Shown: positions 27,347-38,415, counted from the first letter of the stretch. The stretch is 64,000 nucleotides of DNA from Octopus sinensis (GCF_006345805.1 NC_043013.1:36952001-37016000); one strand, 5' to 3'. The notes: generated by a model not told the origin, from the sequence alone. Translations and numbers: made by a program.

Positions 27347-27347
<1 letters not shown>
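26981..27347 (+). mobile_element. Fold-back element in (TA)n, Penelope-like inverted pseudo-LTR plus tail
   Basis: Loop-less palindrome 26981-27288 (154-bp arms, one mismatch, centre gaattc), then a 59-bp unpaired tail. (TA)n on both flanks. Contains a hammerhead motif. Confidence 0.8.
27141..27190 (+). ncRNA. Minimal type I hammerhead ribozyme (mirror copy on the - strand at 27079-27128)
   Basis: CAAAAACTGT-CTGATGA-acg gcaa cga-GAAA-ctc a gag-TA-ACAGATTTTG. Stem I pairs 9 of 10, both core boxes are intact, stem II has a GCAA tetraloop, stem III is near-palindromic, and the predicted GUA cleavage is after 27180. Confidence 0.8.
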
Positions 27348-27389
<42 letters not shown>

Positions 27390-27408
27390 AACATACAAAC
27401 ATATATAT

Positions 27409-27618
27409 TACTCTCTTTACTTGTTTCAGTCATTTGACTGCGGCCATGCTGGAGCACCGCCTTTAATCGAGCAACTCGACCCCGGGACTTATTCTTTTTG
27501 TAAGCCCAGTACTTATTCTATCGGTCTCTTTTGCCGAACCGCTAAGTGACAGTGACGTAAACACACCAGCATCGGTTGTCCAGCAATGCTAGGGGGACAA
27601 ACACAGACGCACAAACAA

Positions 27619-27652
<34 letters not shown>

Positions 27653-27823
27653 ATATATACGACAGGCTTCTTTCAGTTTCCGTCTACCAAATCCACTCAC
27701 AAGGCACTGGTCGGCCCGGGGCTATAGCAGGAGACACTTGCCCAAGATGCCACGCAGTGGGACTGAACCCGGAACAATGTGGTTGGTTAGCAAGCTACTT
27801 ACCACACAGCCACTCCTGCGCCT
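27409..27823 (-). mobile_element. SINE family A (young, full length)
   Basis: Minus strand reads aggcgcaggagtggctgtgtggtaagtagcttgct..ccgggttcagtcccactgcgtggc; internal (TA)n; tail gcagtcaaatgactgaaacaagtaaagagag. Confidence 0.92.
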
Positions 27824-27845
27824 ATATATTTATATATATTTATAT

Positions 27846-27984
27846 AGGCGAAGGCGTGGCTGTGTGGTAAGAAGCTTGCTTCCCAACCACATGTTGCCTT
27901 GGGCAACTATCTTCTACAATAGTTTTGGGCCAACCAAAGCCTTGTGAGTGAATTTGGTAGATGGAAACTGAAAGAAGCTCGTCG

Positions 27985-28026
<42 letters not shown>

Positions 28027-28240
28027 CTTATATATCTATGTATTTGATGTGTCTGTGTTTGTAGCCTCACCATCACTTGGCAACCGATGTTGGTATGTTT
28101 ACGTCCCCGTAAATTAGTGATTCGGCAATCAGTACTAGGCTTACAAAGATTAAGTCATGGGGTCCATTTGTTCGACTAAAGGCGGTGCTCCAGTATGGGC
28201 GCAGTCAAATGACTGAAATAAGTAAAAGAATAAAAGAATA
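27846..28240 (+). mobile_element. SINE family A, head-to-head with the previous copy
   Basis: Same head, body and tail with internal deletions; starts about 22 bp from the minus-strand copy. Confidence 0.9.
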
Positions 28241-28365
28241 TATATGAAGGCGCGGAGTCCAGTGGTTAGGCTGTTGCACTCACGATCTCTAGATCGGAGT
28301 GGCGTCATTTGAAGGCTAAAGCAATCCAAAAACACATTGTGACCAGCGATGTGGTCACGATATCC

Positions 28366-28752
28366 GAAGGCCGGATATAGTAACTTTTAGGAGAGACAAA
28401 CAAGAGTATAATAATATTAACTGACGTAGCAGTGCCGGGAGAACAACACATTATCATGAAAGAAAGAGAAAAAGTTGATAAAACTATGGAGACCTGAGAA
28501 TTGGGATCGCTAAGATGTGGCATCTACGAGAGTCGAACATAAAGGTTATCCCTATCGGAGCATTGGGTTCAATACCACCCAATCTCAAAAAACATCTGAA
28601 AACCTTAGAAATACCCTGCAAAAGTCGGCATTATTTGGAACTGCACGCATATTGCTTAAAGTATAGTCTGTCTGAGATCCTTGTTGTGACTTGACAAGCA
28701 GTTCAAACTCCCGGTAGACACAATACCTTCAGTCAGCAACCTCACGATGATG

Positions 28753-28753
<1 letters not shown>
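28366..28753 (+). mobile_element. 5'-truncated R4/Dong-type non-LTR retrotransposon (RLE domain plus 3' UTR)
   Basis: RRPDIV..TDVAVPGEQHIIMKEREKVDK..KVIPIGALGSIP..KSALFGTAHIL, ending directly in (AAT)n. Confidence 0.85.
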
Positions 28754-28822
<69 letters not shown>

Positions 28823-28845
28823 GTAACAGCAGCAGCAGCAACAGC

Positions 28846-28888
<43 letters not shown>

Positions 28889-28896
28889 ATAATAAT

Positions 28897-29672
28897 GAAC
28901 AAGTGTCACCGCTGTGCAGGATCTGTAGCAGAGTAGGGAAACCATTGCCCGTATCACGAACGAATGCCTTAGACTTGCCCCAAACCGCTACAAGCTGTGG
29001 CGACACGATCAGGTAGCGAAAGTTCTACATTGGAAACAGTGCAAGAAGTGGAAGTAAGAGAGAAGCAAGACGTGGTACGAGCACAAACAGCAGAGAGTGG
29101 CGAAGTCGAAGACTAGCAAAATCCGCTGAGATTTCCTAATCCAAACAGATCAGGTGCTAGAGAATAATAGACAGGACCTAGTGGTGATGGAGTCGGAGAC
29201 TAGCAAAATACTCTGGAATTTCCCAATACAAACAGATCAGGTGCTAGAGCATAACAGACTGGACCTAGTGGTGGTGGACAAGATGCACCACATATGCTAT
29301 ACAGTTGATGTTGCAAGCCCCTTTGACCCACGAATAGCCAAGAAGGAATGCGAGGAGATAGATAAATACAACCCTCTTAAGTACGAAATAGCCCAGTTAT
29401 GGAAAATGAAGAAGGTGAAGATAATACCAATCATTGTTGGGTCCTTGAGAATAGTATAGCAAAGGCACGAAAAGGAATATGAAGGAAATTGTAATAGACT
29501 GCTCAGTAGAACTGTTACAAAAGGCTTGCCTCCTTGGTACAGCCAGAATAATCAAGAAAATATTCGATAGCCGAAAAGAATGGATAGCATGGTACTGTAG
29601 GCTGCAAGTAGCAAGCCTGCTACGCATGTAATACTTCAAGACCTCCCCCCAAAAAAGCTGTGATAAAGAGAA
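28897..29672 (+). mobile_element. 5'-truncated R4/Dong-type LINE (zinc knuckle plus RLE), second family
   Basis: SPLCRIC.., KILWNFPIQTDQVLEHNRLDLVVVDK..VDVASPFD..EIDKYNPLKYEIAQLWKMKKVKIIPIIVGSL..LQKACLLGTARII. Flanked by (AAT)n/(AAC)n. Confidence 0.9.
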
Positions 29673-29708
29673 ATAATAATAATAATAACAATAATAATAA
29701 TAATAATA

Positions 29709-29744
<36 letters not shown>

Positions 29745-29767
29745 CAACAGCAACAACAACAACAATA

Positions 29768-29863
29768 GCTGAAAGTTAATCTCTTAGGGACAGCAAAGAT
29801 TATCAGGAGGGTTCTAAGCACTTCAAAAACTACTGAACACTTGTGAAAAACCTACGGTTACAT
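29768..29863 (+). mobile_element. Very short R4-type 3' end
   Basis: LKVNLLGTAKIIRRVLS between trinucleotide tracts. Confidence 0.7.
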
Positions 29864-29874
29864 GTAGTAGTAGC

Positions 29875-29911
<37 letters not shown>

Positions 29912-29947
29912 TAGTAGTAGTAGTAGTAGTAGTAGTAATAATAATAC

Positions 29948-29995
<48 letters not shown>

Positions 29996-29997
<2 letters not shown>

Positions 29998-31211
29998 TGT
30001 TGCACTCAAAAGTGACTGGATGAAATAAAATCCAAGTAGTTAATGCGTGGGCGATAACATCACTTCAGTATGGAGCGGGAATTATAAAATGGCAAAAGAG
30101 AGAAATTAAGAAAATAGATACAAAGACCAGAAAAATGAGTGACACCGATAGGCAGTACTTGTACAGAAGAAAGGGTGGGAGAGGTCTGGTCAGTTGCCAG
30201 GACCGTATCGAAGCAGGGAAAACAGCCAAGGAGGGTATATAAAAAATGCTGTGGAACCACTTTTGAAACACACGAAGAAGGCCGGTGTCATCAAAACTGA
30301 AAATTGTGTAACTAAAGAAAAATTTAAACAAGAAATGCAAAAAAAAAAAAAATGAAAAAGCATGGAAGGGGAAAATGCATGGTCAGTTTGCAAGAGATGT
30401 GAACGCCAAGACAGATACAGAGGACCGGTGGCTATGGATGAGGAGGAGTGACCTGAAGTTAGAGACAGAAGCACTCATATGCGCTGCTCAGGAACAAGCA
30501 TTAAGGACTAACTATATGAAGTGCAGAATAGACAATATTACTGATAGCAACAAATGCAGAATGTGTGATGACAGAGGTGAACAGTATGGCCCATCGTTAG
30601 CGAATGCCAGAAATTAGCACAATGCGAATACAGACGACGCTATGACAATGTGGCTAGAATGATCCATTGGGAGCCCTGTGGAAATCACGGCCTACAAAAA
30701 ACAAAGCCGTGGTATGAACAAAGCCCAGAAAGAGTCACCGAAAATGAGAACTACAAAATCGTGTGGGATGTAATGATCCAGTGCTATCACTTGACCAGGC
30801 ATAGGAAACCGGACATTGTTGTGGGGAATAAAAAAGAAAAAGCATATATGATTATCGACATAGCATGCCCCAGTGATAACAGGATCAATGTGAAAGAAGA
30901 AGAAAAAAATTAACAACTGCAACGATTTAAAGCGGGAAATACGAAGGTTGTGGTCAACGAAGAGAGTAAACGTGATACCAATAGTAATTGGTGCACTTGG
31001 AAGTATCAGCACTCAGCTACCAACATGGCTGAAAAAGATTGGTGCAAGTGTGAAGGTAGAACGCCTACAAAAATCAGCATTGCTTGGAACTGCAAGAATT
31101 TTTCGCAGGGTTCTTGAAGCATGACCAGTAAATAAGTATCCCCTTAGTCTGCTGGCTGTGGACAGCTGACACTTTCCATCATACACAGCAAAATAAGTTG
31201 TGAGTTTTCAT
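29996..31211 (+). mobile_element. 5'-truncated R4/Dong-type LINE (post-RT region, CCHC, RLE, 3' UTR)
   Basis: MHGQF..LKLETEALICAAQEQALRTNY..KCRMCDDRGE; VARMIHW..KPDIVV..IIDIACPSD..KEEEK; VIPIVIGALGS..LQKSALLGTARIFRRVL. Frameshifted; (AAT)n on both sides. Confidence 0.93.
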
Positions 31212-31406
31212 ATAATAATAACAATAACAATAATAATAATAATAATATAATATAATAATAATAATATAATAATAATAATATAATATAATAATAAAAGAAT
31301 AAAAAGAAGAAAAGAAGAAGAGACGAGAAGAAGAAGAAGAAGAAGAAGAAAAGAAGAAGAAGAAGAAGAAGAAGAAGAAGAAGAAGAAGAAGAAGAAGAA
31401 GAAGAA

Positions 31407-31853
31407 AATATTGTGCTCAATACCACAGATTTGCTTGTCAGTTGTTTGACCTTAACCAGTTGACCGTGTCCCTTAGTGGCTGACGATATGTGCATTTCTG
31501 ATCACAAGCAGAAGTAGTGGGGGAGCATCATAGCCGTGTGATGAAAGGAATTCTTGGAGGTTTGGATAATTCACCTTTAGAAACATGGGTGGTTCGTTCA
31601 ACATCCTTAAACAATCCTTATTCAGGGACCTTTTGAGCGGGATGGGCTACTCGACCAGAACAAAATTCTAACTGGGCCCCACCTGCAAGGTCATGCGCTG
31701 TTTATCTTAATATGAGATCACCATGTCGCGCACATATGGTTGTGATACATGTGCCTAGTGGTACCTTATCAGACGGGTAGTCATGATGGGTATAGTGGGC
31801 TTCGTATATTTTACCCCAGTGTCACTTTGATGGCATGTACTGCTCTCTCACTC
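31407..31853 (+). mobile_element. Non-coding (AAT)n-associated element E (5'-shortened copy)
   Basis: Closely similar to 45806-46355 and 61318-61764 (reverse complement). Ends ctgctctctcactc-AAT repeat. Strand given relative to the adjacent R4 LINEs. Confidence 0.88.
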
Positions 31854-32890
31854 AATGATAATAATGTTAATATTAATACCTTCTACTATAGGCACAAAGC
31901 CTGGCATTTGGCGAAGGGATGTAATCGATCTCAATACTTAACTGATACTTATTTTATCGATCCTGAAAGGATGAAAGGTAGAATCGACTTTGGCGGTATT
32001 TGAAAGTTTAGGCACAAGACCAGCAAATTCGGGGAGAAGAGGCGAGCCAATCAGAAAGCCTCTTAAAAAAAATGAAGCTACATTGAATAATGTTGCCCTT
32101 GAATCAAAATGTTTGAGTAAAATACGGCGTAGTCACAACTGGAACGCTGTTGATCATAGGTCTGGTAGAAGAAAGTTGACCTGGGATTAAATGGTTATAA
32201 TACCAAGAACGAACCTCAGCAAACCGCGACATCGTAACACAGATCTACAGAGTCCTGAATCCTTTATTTTTTACCATAGCATGTCACTGTTGTGTTTCGC
32301 AATACGTTAGCTCTCATCGAAAGATGACCAAAGACATTCCAATCGTGATCATCTCGAAATAATTAATATATGTGTGAAACGGCGTTATACTGTTCGGCTA
32401 ATTTTTTTTTTTTTTTTGAAGAAGGTTTGAGTGAATTTTAGATGCTATTTCTAGCAGTTCAAACGACAATGAAAATATTAATTTAGCTGAGTAAATATAT
32501 AGAAATTTCACTTCCAGATGAGAACAACTTAGCAGGAAATTATAGGTTTCACAGATGAACATATGTAAATGAATAACAAAATATAATAATTATATATATA
32601 TAAAAAAGTAAAATAAATAACCCAAGATGAAAACCTATCGAAATACTCATGATGTATATTAAAAATGCATGAATAAATAGATAAATATATTTAATTATGT
32701 TCTTCAGTGTCATTGCGCTTGGCGTCTAAAAAATTCTTAACAATGAGAGAGGTATGTGCGGAATTTAAAAAGATTGAAAGTAAAACGGCTTTAGTTTGTG
32801 TGCGCGCGTGTATGCGTGCTCGTGGGTATGTGTATGTGTGTGTATATGTGTGTGTGTGCGTGTGCGTGTGTGTGTGTTGTGTGTAGTGTG

Positions 32891-32927
<37 letters not shown>

Positions 32928-33304
32928 GGTTTTTTTTTTAATAACACGGCATTAATGAATTTTTTTTGTCTTTGTTTTTCCTATTAATTGTTGAGTTCTA
33001 AATGAATTTTTCTCGACAAATGCGTTTGCTGGGGGTTGCGCGATTGATACCCCCCCTTGTAAAAGCTACATAAATAGGTGTAGGCATGACTGGATGTGTG
33101 GTTGAGAGGCACGCTTTTCAACTAGATGGTTGCGGGTTCAGTTCCTATCGACTAAAATGTTCGAGCCAACCAATGCCTTCTGAGTGAATTTAGCAGACAG
33201 AAAAATGTGTCGTACTTATATTTATGTGTATGTGTGTGTGTGTGCATGTGTGTATGTGTGTGTGTGTGCATGTGTGTGTGTGTGTGTGGTGTGTGTGTGT
33301 GTGT

Positions 33305-33353
<49 letters not shown>

Positions 33354-34577
33354 TCACCCCACAGACCTGTTTCACGACTGGTGTTGATTTGTTTACTCCT
33401 AATACGTTTGCTTGTATTTTTACCCTATTCGTTTTTTTTTCTTTTAATCTATTCTTCCTGTAGAAGAGTGTAGGGCTCGAAACTCAAAAAACTTTCTCCA
33501 AATTTCTTGATTGTCAACCTAATAGACCAAGGTTATCATTTTTTTGTTTTACCTAGTTTCTGCTATAATATTTTCTCTTTTTTTGTATATATTCTGTCGT
33601 TGCGACATTCGGTAACGTGAACTTAGAGTAACGACATCGTGAAATTTCGGTTTTAATGACTTATATATATATATATATATATAATATATATAATATATAT
33701 AATATTATATCATACATACATACATACATACATTACATACATACATACATACATATGCGTATATAAATACAAGAATACATACATATACACACATACACAC
33801 ACATATTAGAGAGCAAATAATAGGAAAGATGAAAGATTATGGTAGATGGGTGGGTGATGTGGAGAATATTAATAAATAAATACATTGCTAAATGAAACAA
33901 AATATTAAAAAAAAAACTATAAACCGGTGACAAAAATATAACAAATAAATAAGTAAATAAATGAATAAAAATACCTAAATAGCAACATATGATCACTTAA
34001 TTCGGACGGTGTTAATGTCAGCGTTAAGTGCGATAAGGTTAACTTAATCCACTTAATCTAAGCTGTTAAATGTTTTCGATCTGACTTAGTTTCCTCTCTA
34101 TATCTCGTCCATTGCGTGTTGTGCTGTAACGTTCGTAGTTAGGTCGTGTGGGTAACAACCCGATATTTCACCTATTGCAATACAGACAGCGACAAATCAC
34201 AACAATTGCACTCATTTTTTTATCAGTGAGTGAACAAGGAAGGAGGCTTCTACGTGGTTGCCTGGCTTTGCTAAAGATGACAGTCTAATTTTCTTCAAAT
34301 CACGGTCTGTTGTTTTAAATAGAAGACAAGACTGGGGAGGATATATTGGCTAAAGATGAAGGGTTGGGTATGGGACATGACGGCCGTTTTAATTATTGGT
34401 TTACTAGGTCAAGGCTTGATCTAAGGGTTGAACAGCTGATAGATAGATAGACAGATAAAGATAGAGATATAGAAAGGTAGACAGCTAGACAGAGAGACAG
34501 ATAGACAGATATTCAAATTGATTGAATGTATATTTTAATGCTAGACAGAGATAGGTAGATTGAAAGTTATGTATGCA

Positions 34578-34683
<106 letters not shown>

Positions 34684-34694
34684 AAGATAGGTAG

Positions 34695-34729
<35 letters not shown>

Positions 34730-34804
34730 AAGAGAATTGGATTTTAATGTCCCTGTCCCAAACCCATATAAGTGGATATGGTAGATGGAAACTGAAAGAA
34801 ACCC

Positions 34805-35074
34805 ATTTCTTTATTACCCACAAGGGGCTAAACATAGAGGGGTCAAACAAGGACAGACATAGGTATTAAGTCGATTACATCGACCCCAGTGCGGAACTGG
34901 TACTTAATTTATCGACCCCGAAAGGATGAAAGGCAAAGTCAACCTCGGCGGAATTAGAACTCACAACGTAACGATAGACGAAATACCGCTAAGCATTTCA
35001 TCCGGCGTGCTAACGTTTCTGCCAGCTCGCCGCCTTCTAAAATTAAAACATTGAGTTTTTAAAAAAATAAAAAA
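34805..35074 (-). mobile_element. SINE family B (tail 1) with ~38 bp of extra 5' sequence, inserted in a family-A SINE (~34760-35480)
   Basis: 12-bp TSD tgaaagaaaccc at 34793-34804 and 35075-35086. SINE proper spans 34805-35036. Confidence 0.88.
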
Positions 35075-35748
35075 TGAAAGAAACCCGTCGTACATATGCA
35101 TGCATACACAGACTCATACATACATGCATGCATGCATGCATACATACATATACGGATTCATACATACATGCATGCGTGCATGCATATATACATATATACA
35201 ATAACACGCGCGCGCACACACACTCACACACACACACGTATATATATATGTACGTGTGTCTATGTGTGTGTGTCATTGTAATTGTGTTTGTCTCCACCAC
35301 CGCTTGCCGACCTGTGTTGGTCTGTTTACGTCCCTGTAAGTTAGTGGCTCGGCATAGGAGACCGGTAGAATAAGTATCAGTCTTAAAAAACTCCGAAGTC
35401 AATTTGCTCGACTAAAACCTTTAGGGGATGTCCCGGCATGGCTGCAGTCCAATAACTGAGCAAGTAAGCAATAAAAGATTAGCTCCAAAGCCATGCCATA
35501 AATTCATATCCCGGTCGCATTGTTCCAATCTATAATTCAAACACAACTTTTTAAATCCATATTTCTAATCTTTAAATCTATGTCTCAAATCATATCTCAA
35601 ATCTATAACTGAAATCTAATCCTCAAATTTGATTTTCAGATCCTTGAGTCAATCCAAGTTTCAAGTTCATGTCTTTTACCCAAAATTTAATTATACTTTT
35701 CAAATCGATGACTTAATGTCTTAATCAATGTTTTAATTAATGCGTTTA

Positions 35749-36343
35749 GTTGGCAGAAACGTTAGCACGCCGGGCGAAATGCTTAGCAGTATTTCGTCTG
35801 CTGTTACTTTCTGAGTTCAAATTCCGCCGAGGTCGACTTGCCTTTTATCCTTTCGGGGTCGATTAAATAAGTACCAGTTACGCAGTGGGATCGATATAAT
35901 CGACTTAATCCGTTTGTTTGTCCTCTCCGTGTTTAGCCCCTTATGGGTAGTAAAGAAATAGGTATTTCTTCTGCTGTTACTTTCTGAGTTCAAATTCCGC
36001 CGAGGTCGACTTTGCCTTTCATCCTTTCGAGGTCGATTAGATAAGTACCAGTTACGCAGTGGGATCGACGTAATCGACTTAATCCCTTTGTCTGTCCTTG
36101 TTTGTCCCCTCTATGTATATAGCCCTTGTGGGTAATAAAGAAATAAGAAACATTAGCATACCGGACAAAAAGCATCGTGGCGTTTCTTCCGGCTTTACAT
36201 TCTCAGTTCAAATGCTGCCGATGTCAACTTTGCTTTTCATCACTTCGGAGCCGATAAGATAAAGTACCATTCAATTACTGAAGAGCGATGTAATCGATTT
36301 TTCTCCTCCTCTAAAACTGCTGGCATTGAGCCAAAATTTGAAG
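35749..36343 (+). mobile_element. SINE family B, nested trimer
   Basis: Junctions aaagaaata|ggtatttc (35961) and aaagaaata|agaaacattagc (~36146). The last unit is older and carries tail 2. Confidence 0.9.
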
Positions 36344-36369
36344 ATCAATATATGTAATAATTACTTCGT

Positions 36370-36715
36370 TTCCGAGATATCGAGATATCAAAAAGGAGAT
36401 CTCACGGAGAGTAAGGGCCGGATGGAAGGCGTTTAATGGCGTAAGGGATGTGCTCAAGGGAAGGTTGGACAGGACCACCCGTGCCAACCTCATCAACAGT
36501 ATAGTTCTACCTGCAATGTTGTATGGTAGTGAAACATGGGCTACAACAAAGAGAGAAGAGCAGAGACTGGTAACGGCTCAAAGAGCCATGGAATGGTCAA
36601 TGCTTGGTATCTCGTTGAGAGAGCACATCAGTAGCGAGATCATCAGAAAGAAGTCCGGCGTGAGGGATGTCATCGCAGAGTATACACGCAGCAAGTTTAG
36701 ATGGGCTGGGCACTT
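36370..36715 (+). mobile_element. RTE-clade LINE fragment (RT C-terminal region)
   Basis: EISRRVRAGWKAF..NSIVLPAMLYGSETWATTKREEQRLVTAQRAME..KFRWAGHL. Confidence 0.9.
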
Positions 36716-36903
36716 AGTTTCCAGCCCATGCCTTATATTTTAAAACAAGTCACGGGTATGGAAGTTTCAATGTTGCTATATTGATCTCAGTGTCATAATG
36801 GTTGTGAGAATCAGTCGGCTGAAGCGGATATTAACAAGGAATCCATCGGACAACAAGATTTTTTTAAAAAATAGATTAAATTAAAAATGCCTCCAAAAAA
36901 CTA

Positions 36904-37228
36904 GCACTCCGTCGGTTACGACGACGGGGATTCCAGTTGATCTGATCAACGGAACAGCTTGCTCGTAAAATTAACGTGCAAGTGGAACAGCAATCCACAG
37001 ACACGCGTACCCTGAACATAGTTTTCAGGGAGATTCAGCAAGACACAGAGTTTGACCAAGCTGACCCTGAAAACACAGGTGCTAATCATTTTTTCCAGGT
37101 GAGTGGACTGGAGCAAAATGGACTGAAGTAAAGTGCCTTGCTCAAGGACACAACGTGTGCCGGGAATCGAACTCACGACCTTACGATCGTGAGCCGAATA
37201 CCCGCAACCACAAAGTCACACGCCTTCA
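36904..37228 (-). mobile_element. tRNA SINE with CORE-like middle and family-C 3' domain
   Basis: gagtggactggagcaa..aagtgccttgctcaaggacacaac plus gcactccgtcggttacgacgac. Confidence 0.8.
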
Positions 37229-37681
37229 AAGGCAACTGGACAATATGGTTGAATATTTGTGTCAACCAGTCACTGACGCTACGGTGTGCACTTTCCACCA
37301 TTGCTGAATCTTGGGTCCTTATCAAACCAACAAGGCAGACCCAGCGTGGTCTTCAGTCGATTTCCTAGAAACAGCTGCTAAATTTCCGAAAATCAAACCA
37401 TCTTATAAGAAAAGAAGGATAATTGGATAATGTATTCGGAAATGCCACTAAAAAAGAAAGAAAAGGTTACGGACGAAACGCATTAGACTCCTTAAGACTG
37501 CGCAAACAGCGTTGACCTGGAGCTTAAATTGTAGCAACAAAATAATGGATTTTAAATCTTTATTTCTCCCTTTCGCTTCTCTCCGTCTCTCTTTCCTCTC
37601 GCTCCCTTCCCTCTCCCCCTCTCTTTCTCCCACTCACTCTTTCTTGTAGTTTATCTACTGATATGCGTGTATCTATATATA

Positions 37682-37804
37682 CGAGGGGTGTATGAAAAGT
37701 TTCGAGCCTTCAAGGTCTTTGAGCCTTGAAGTCTTGTACATTCATCAGAAGATTTGTACCATTTTTTGTTTCTTTGAAGCTTAAAACTTTTCATACACCC
37801 CTCG
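37682..37804. mobile_element. 123-bp Tc1/mariner MITE
   Basis: 21-bp perfect TIR cgaggggtgtatgaaaagttt (imperfect out to ~31 bp). TA duplication at 37680-37681 and 37805-37806. Confidence 0.92.
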
Positions 37805-37825
37805 TATGTCTGAACACACATGTAC

Positions 37826-37896
<71 letters not shown>

Positions 37897-37963
37897 GTAT
37901 AATATACATATAATATACATATACATATACATATATATTTATTTATATATATATATATATACA

Positions 37964-38113
37964 CTTTATTTAAAAGCAGCAGAAATATTACAAAAGCTGT
38001 TACTCAGTTTCATGTTTCCGTTCGTCGGACAGTTTTTGTTAACAAATAAATCATACCACTGGTATTTGAGTACTCTTTTTTTCCACCTTGTTTCACATTT
38101 ATGTGCTTACTCC

Positions 38114-38115
<2 letters not shown>
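37964..38115. mobile_element. Second, internally deleted copy of the Penelope-like fold-back family, with a hammerhead-like motif on the - strand (37991-38038)
   Basis: Same terminus ..ccaccttgtttcacatttatgtgcttactccgg|(TA)n. Minus strand reads CAAAAACTGT-CCGACGA-acg gaaa cat-GAAA-ctgag-TA-ACAGCTTTTG. Confidence 0.78.
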
Positions 38116-38156
<41 letters not shown>

Positions 38157-38159
38157 CAT

Positions 38160-38370
38160 TATCTTTTATTTGCTTTAGTCATTGGACCGCGGCCATGTTG
38201 GGGGATTGCCTTTAAGAGATTTAAGACTCCAAGCACTTCTTTATTTTTAAATTCGGTACCTATTCTATCGGTCTCTGTCAGTGAACTGCTAGATAACGCG
38301 GACGTAAGGAATCAGCTGTTAAGCGGGGTTGGGGTGACAAACATAACCTCTACACACACACGCACACACA

Positions 38371-38415
<45 letters not shown>

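Noticed and set aside
28747-31900. Repeat-spacer alternation superficially like a CRISPR array
   Set aside because: The repeats are variable trinucleotide microsatellites, the spacers are LINE fragments, the context is eukaryotic and there are no cas genes.
33455-33495. tagaagagtgtagggctcgaaac, possible decayed hammerhead in a Penelope-like end
   Set aside because: Core and stems too degenerate to support from this copy alone.
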